A stretch of 63,859 nucleotides of DNA, filler included, from Bigelowiella natans CCMP2755 (Eukaryota > Protista > Cercozoa), in assembly GCA_000320545.1 (NCBI GenBank). It is 6 parts of 6 records of this genome, joined end to end, with 100 filler letters (N's around TTAATTAATTAA, not from the genome) between each part and the next. Parts side by side here need not be neighbours in the genome. Positions count along the whole stretch, not along the records: positions 62,468 to 63,859 come from ADNK01002845.1; 5 more parts are not named here. One strand, given 5' to 3'. Of the stretch, positions 62,368-63,859 are shown piece after piece. The position numbers were made by a program, and so were the translations under genes. Within the stretch, counting starts at the first letter, position 1, and the number at the start of each line of letters is the position of its first letter. The notes below the pieces were generated by a model, which made no database searches, had not been told where the DNA came from, and was given only the letters and a program-made list of their open reading frames with translations.

Positions 62368-62467
62368 NNNNNNNNNNNNNNNNNNNNNNNNNNNNNNNNN
62401 NNNNNNNNNNNTTAATTAATTAANNNNNNNNNNNNNNNNNNNNNNNNNNNNNNNNNNNNNNNNNNNN
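62368..62467. other. Assembly gap with TTAATTAATTAA linker
   Basis: N-run with linker. Confidence 0.98.
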
Positions 62468-62509
62468 CACCACCTCTCTTCTTCTTCTTCTTCTTCTTCT
62501 TCTTCTAAG

Positions 62510-63859
62510 GGCATTGAAGTCGCTTGATTGGGACCCTGGGTGGCGGGGGTACGAAGAGAAGCTCTTAGAAAGTGGGTTCTACAGAAAGAGGCAAGGCTCG
62601 GGAGAGGACTACGATTTGGAGCTCCAAGCCCGCATCATGTATACGTGTTGTTGTTTATGGGTGTGTGCGTGTGTGTGCGTGTGTGTGTGTGTGTGTGTGT
62701 GGGTGTATCACATGGTCGCATTACAGTTATGAAAGACGTAGCATCGCTAGCCTAGCAGTCGAAGCCGTTTGCGCAAGATTCAATATGTCGCAACCATCAT
62801 CATCATCATCGTCGTCATCATCATCATCCTGATCGTTGTCTCCTTGACGTCGGGAGATATCGTGTGGGATGTTTCACTGTTATTTTCTGCTGCTGCTCTG
62901 TGCTGTCGTTCGGGCCATCAAAGGTATGCAAAGCACCGGGAATCACGTCGTCAGGCCAGCCCCCAGCCTTTTCTCATCGCGCACCATGATGATAGCGGCG
63001 GTACCAGTAGCTGCAAGCCCAAGAGCAGCAACGAGAGTCATCAAGGCAGCACGAAAGGCAAAAATGCTTCTTCCTCTCCAGCGTCCGCAAGAGCATCCTT
63101 CAACATTACGGAGCTCTCTTTGCGCTTTCCCACGTATGCAGCGATAAAACACGCGCTGGCCGCGCGCCCCCCCCCCAACGCAAGCTCCTTCCCCCCCTTC
63201 GAAGCTCTCCCCCCCGACGACTCGGAGTCATGGATGCGAGTGACGCCGGAGCAGCTGAGGGCATTCCGGGAGGCAAGCAAACACGCCGAGGACATCAAAA
63301 GGGAACAGATGCTGGGGCGCACACTGGCTCGCGCCACCAAAGGGATTCTATTTCTTGTTTCTCGGCTTCCATGCGTTTGATCTGCCCTGGCGAATTGTAA
63401 TGCCTTTCTATTCTCCACACGGCCCCCAGGGCTGCGTGACAACGAGACCGCCGTCGAGCGAATAGAGAGGTTCATCCTGGAGGAGAAAAGCGGCGTGGAC
63501 GGCATTGAAGCTCCGGGGGAACGCGCGTTCTTTGAGCACGGAAGGTACGGACGAGCGATGATTGCCCTGGAGATGCTGCCATTGCACACGCATGATAAAA
63601 GATGACAACGCAAGGAGGACCAAATAAGTCACACAAAGTTTGCTGATCCTCTTGTCGTCTTCGTGTCGTTGTGTCTTCACCCGCCCACTCCAAATCCTAC
63701 CCCTTCACCCGCAGTCAAGAGAGCAACGGCGAGCGCTACGACGACGACGAGATCTTCAGCATGCGCGACATGATGAACGCCCTCGATTCGCAAGTGGCCG
63801 AAGCGAAGAAGAAGCAGCGACAGCGACGAGAGAGAGGGGGAAGGGGGGGGGATGATGAA
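62510..63859 (+). CDS. Ecdysoneless/hSGT1-like protein, internal exons
   Basis: W..YEEKLLESGFY, PPDDSESWMRVTPEQL and FILEEKSGVDGIE match ECD-family motifs, recalled from memory. Confidence 0.65.

Noticed and set aside
23287-62467. Recurrent TTAATTAATTAA palindrome (five copies)
   Set aside because: It is always centred in a 100-bp N block, so it is an artificial contig linker. Gene adjacency across these gaps is unverified.

Overview
This is intron-rich eukaryotic nuclear DNA, probably from an alga with a secondary plastid (inferred from one bipartite signal + transit leader). It is scaffolded across five artificial N44-TTAATTAATTAA-N44 linkers. Host genes: a large uncharacterised minus-strand protein, a multicopper oxidase, an LNK-like protein, a dynamin-related GTPase, a bacterial-type Orn/Lys/Arg decarboxylase, and partial HECT ligase, amino-acid transporter and ecdysoneless-like genes. 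There is also a frameshifted Crinkler/RHS-type SAM-NTPase-REase gene. The main signal is a ~12 kb transposon cluster (~9.9-22.0 kb: two LINE RT relics and a spliced P-element-like transposase) from which the dinucleotide TpA has been almost completely erased. I count ~14 TA by eye, 8 of them in CTAG. Conserved Tyr codons have become His/Cys/Arg, and paralogous repeat copies differ by reciprocal CA/TG at the same site. This points to strand-symmetric TpA->TpG/CpA (A-to-G) hypermutation aimed at repeats, the opposite direction to fungal RIP. Smaller edited islands occur elsewhere, while host exons are spared. It is a candidate undescribed genome-defence system; no responsible enzyme is recognisable in the window.
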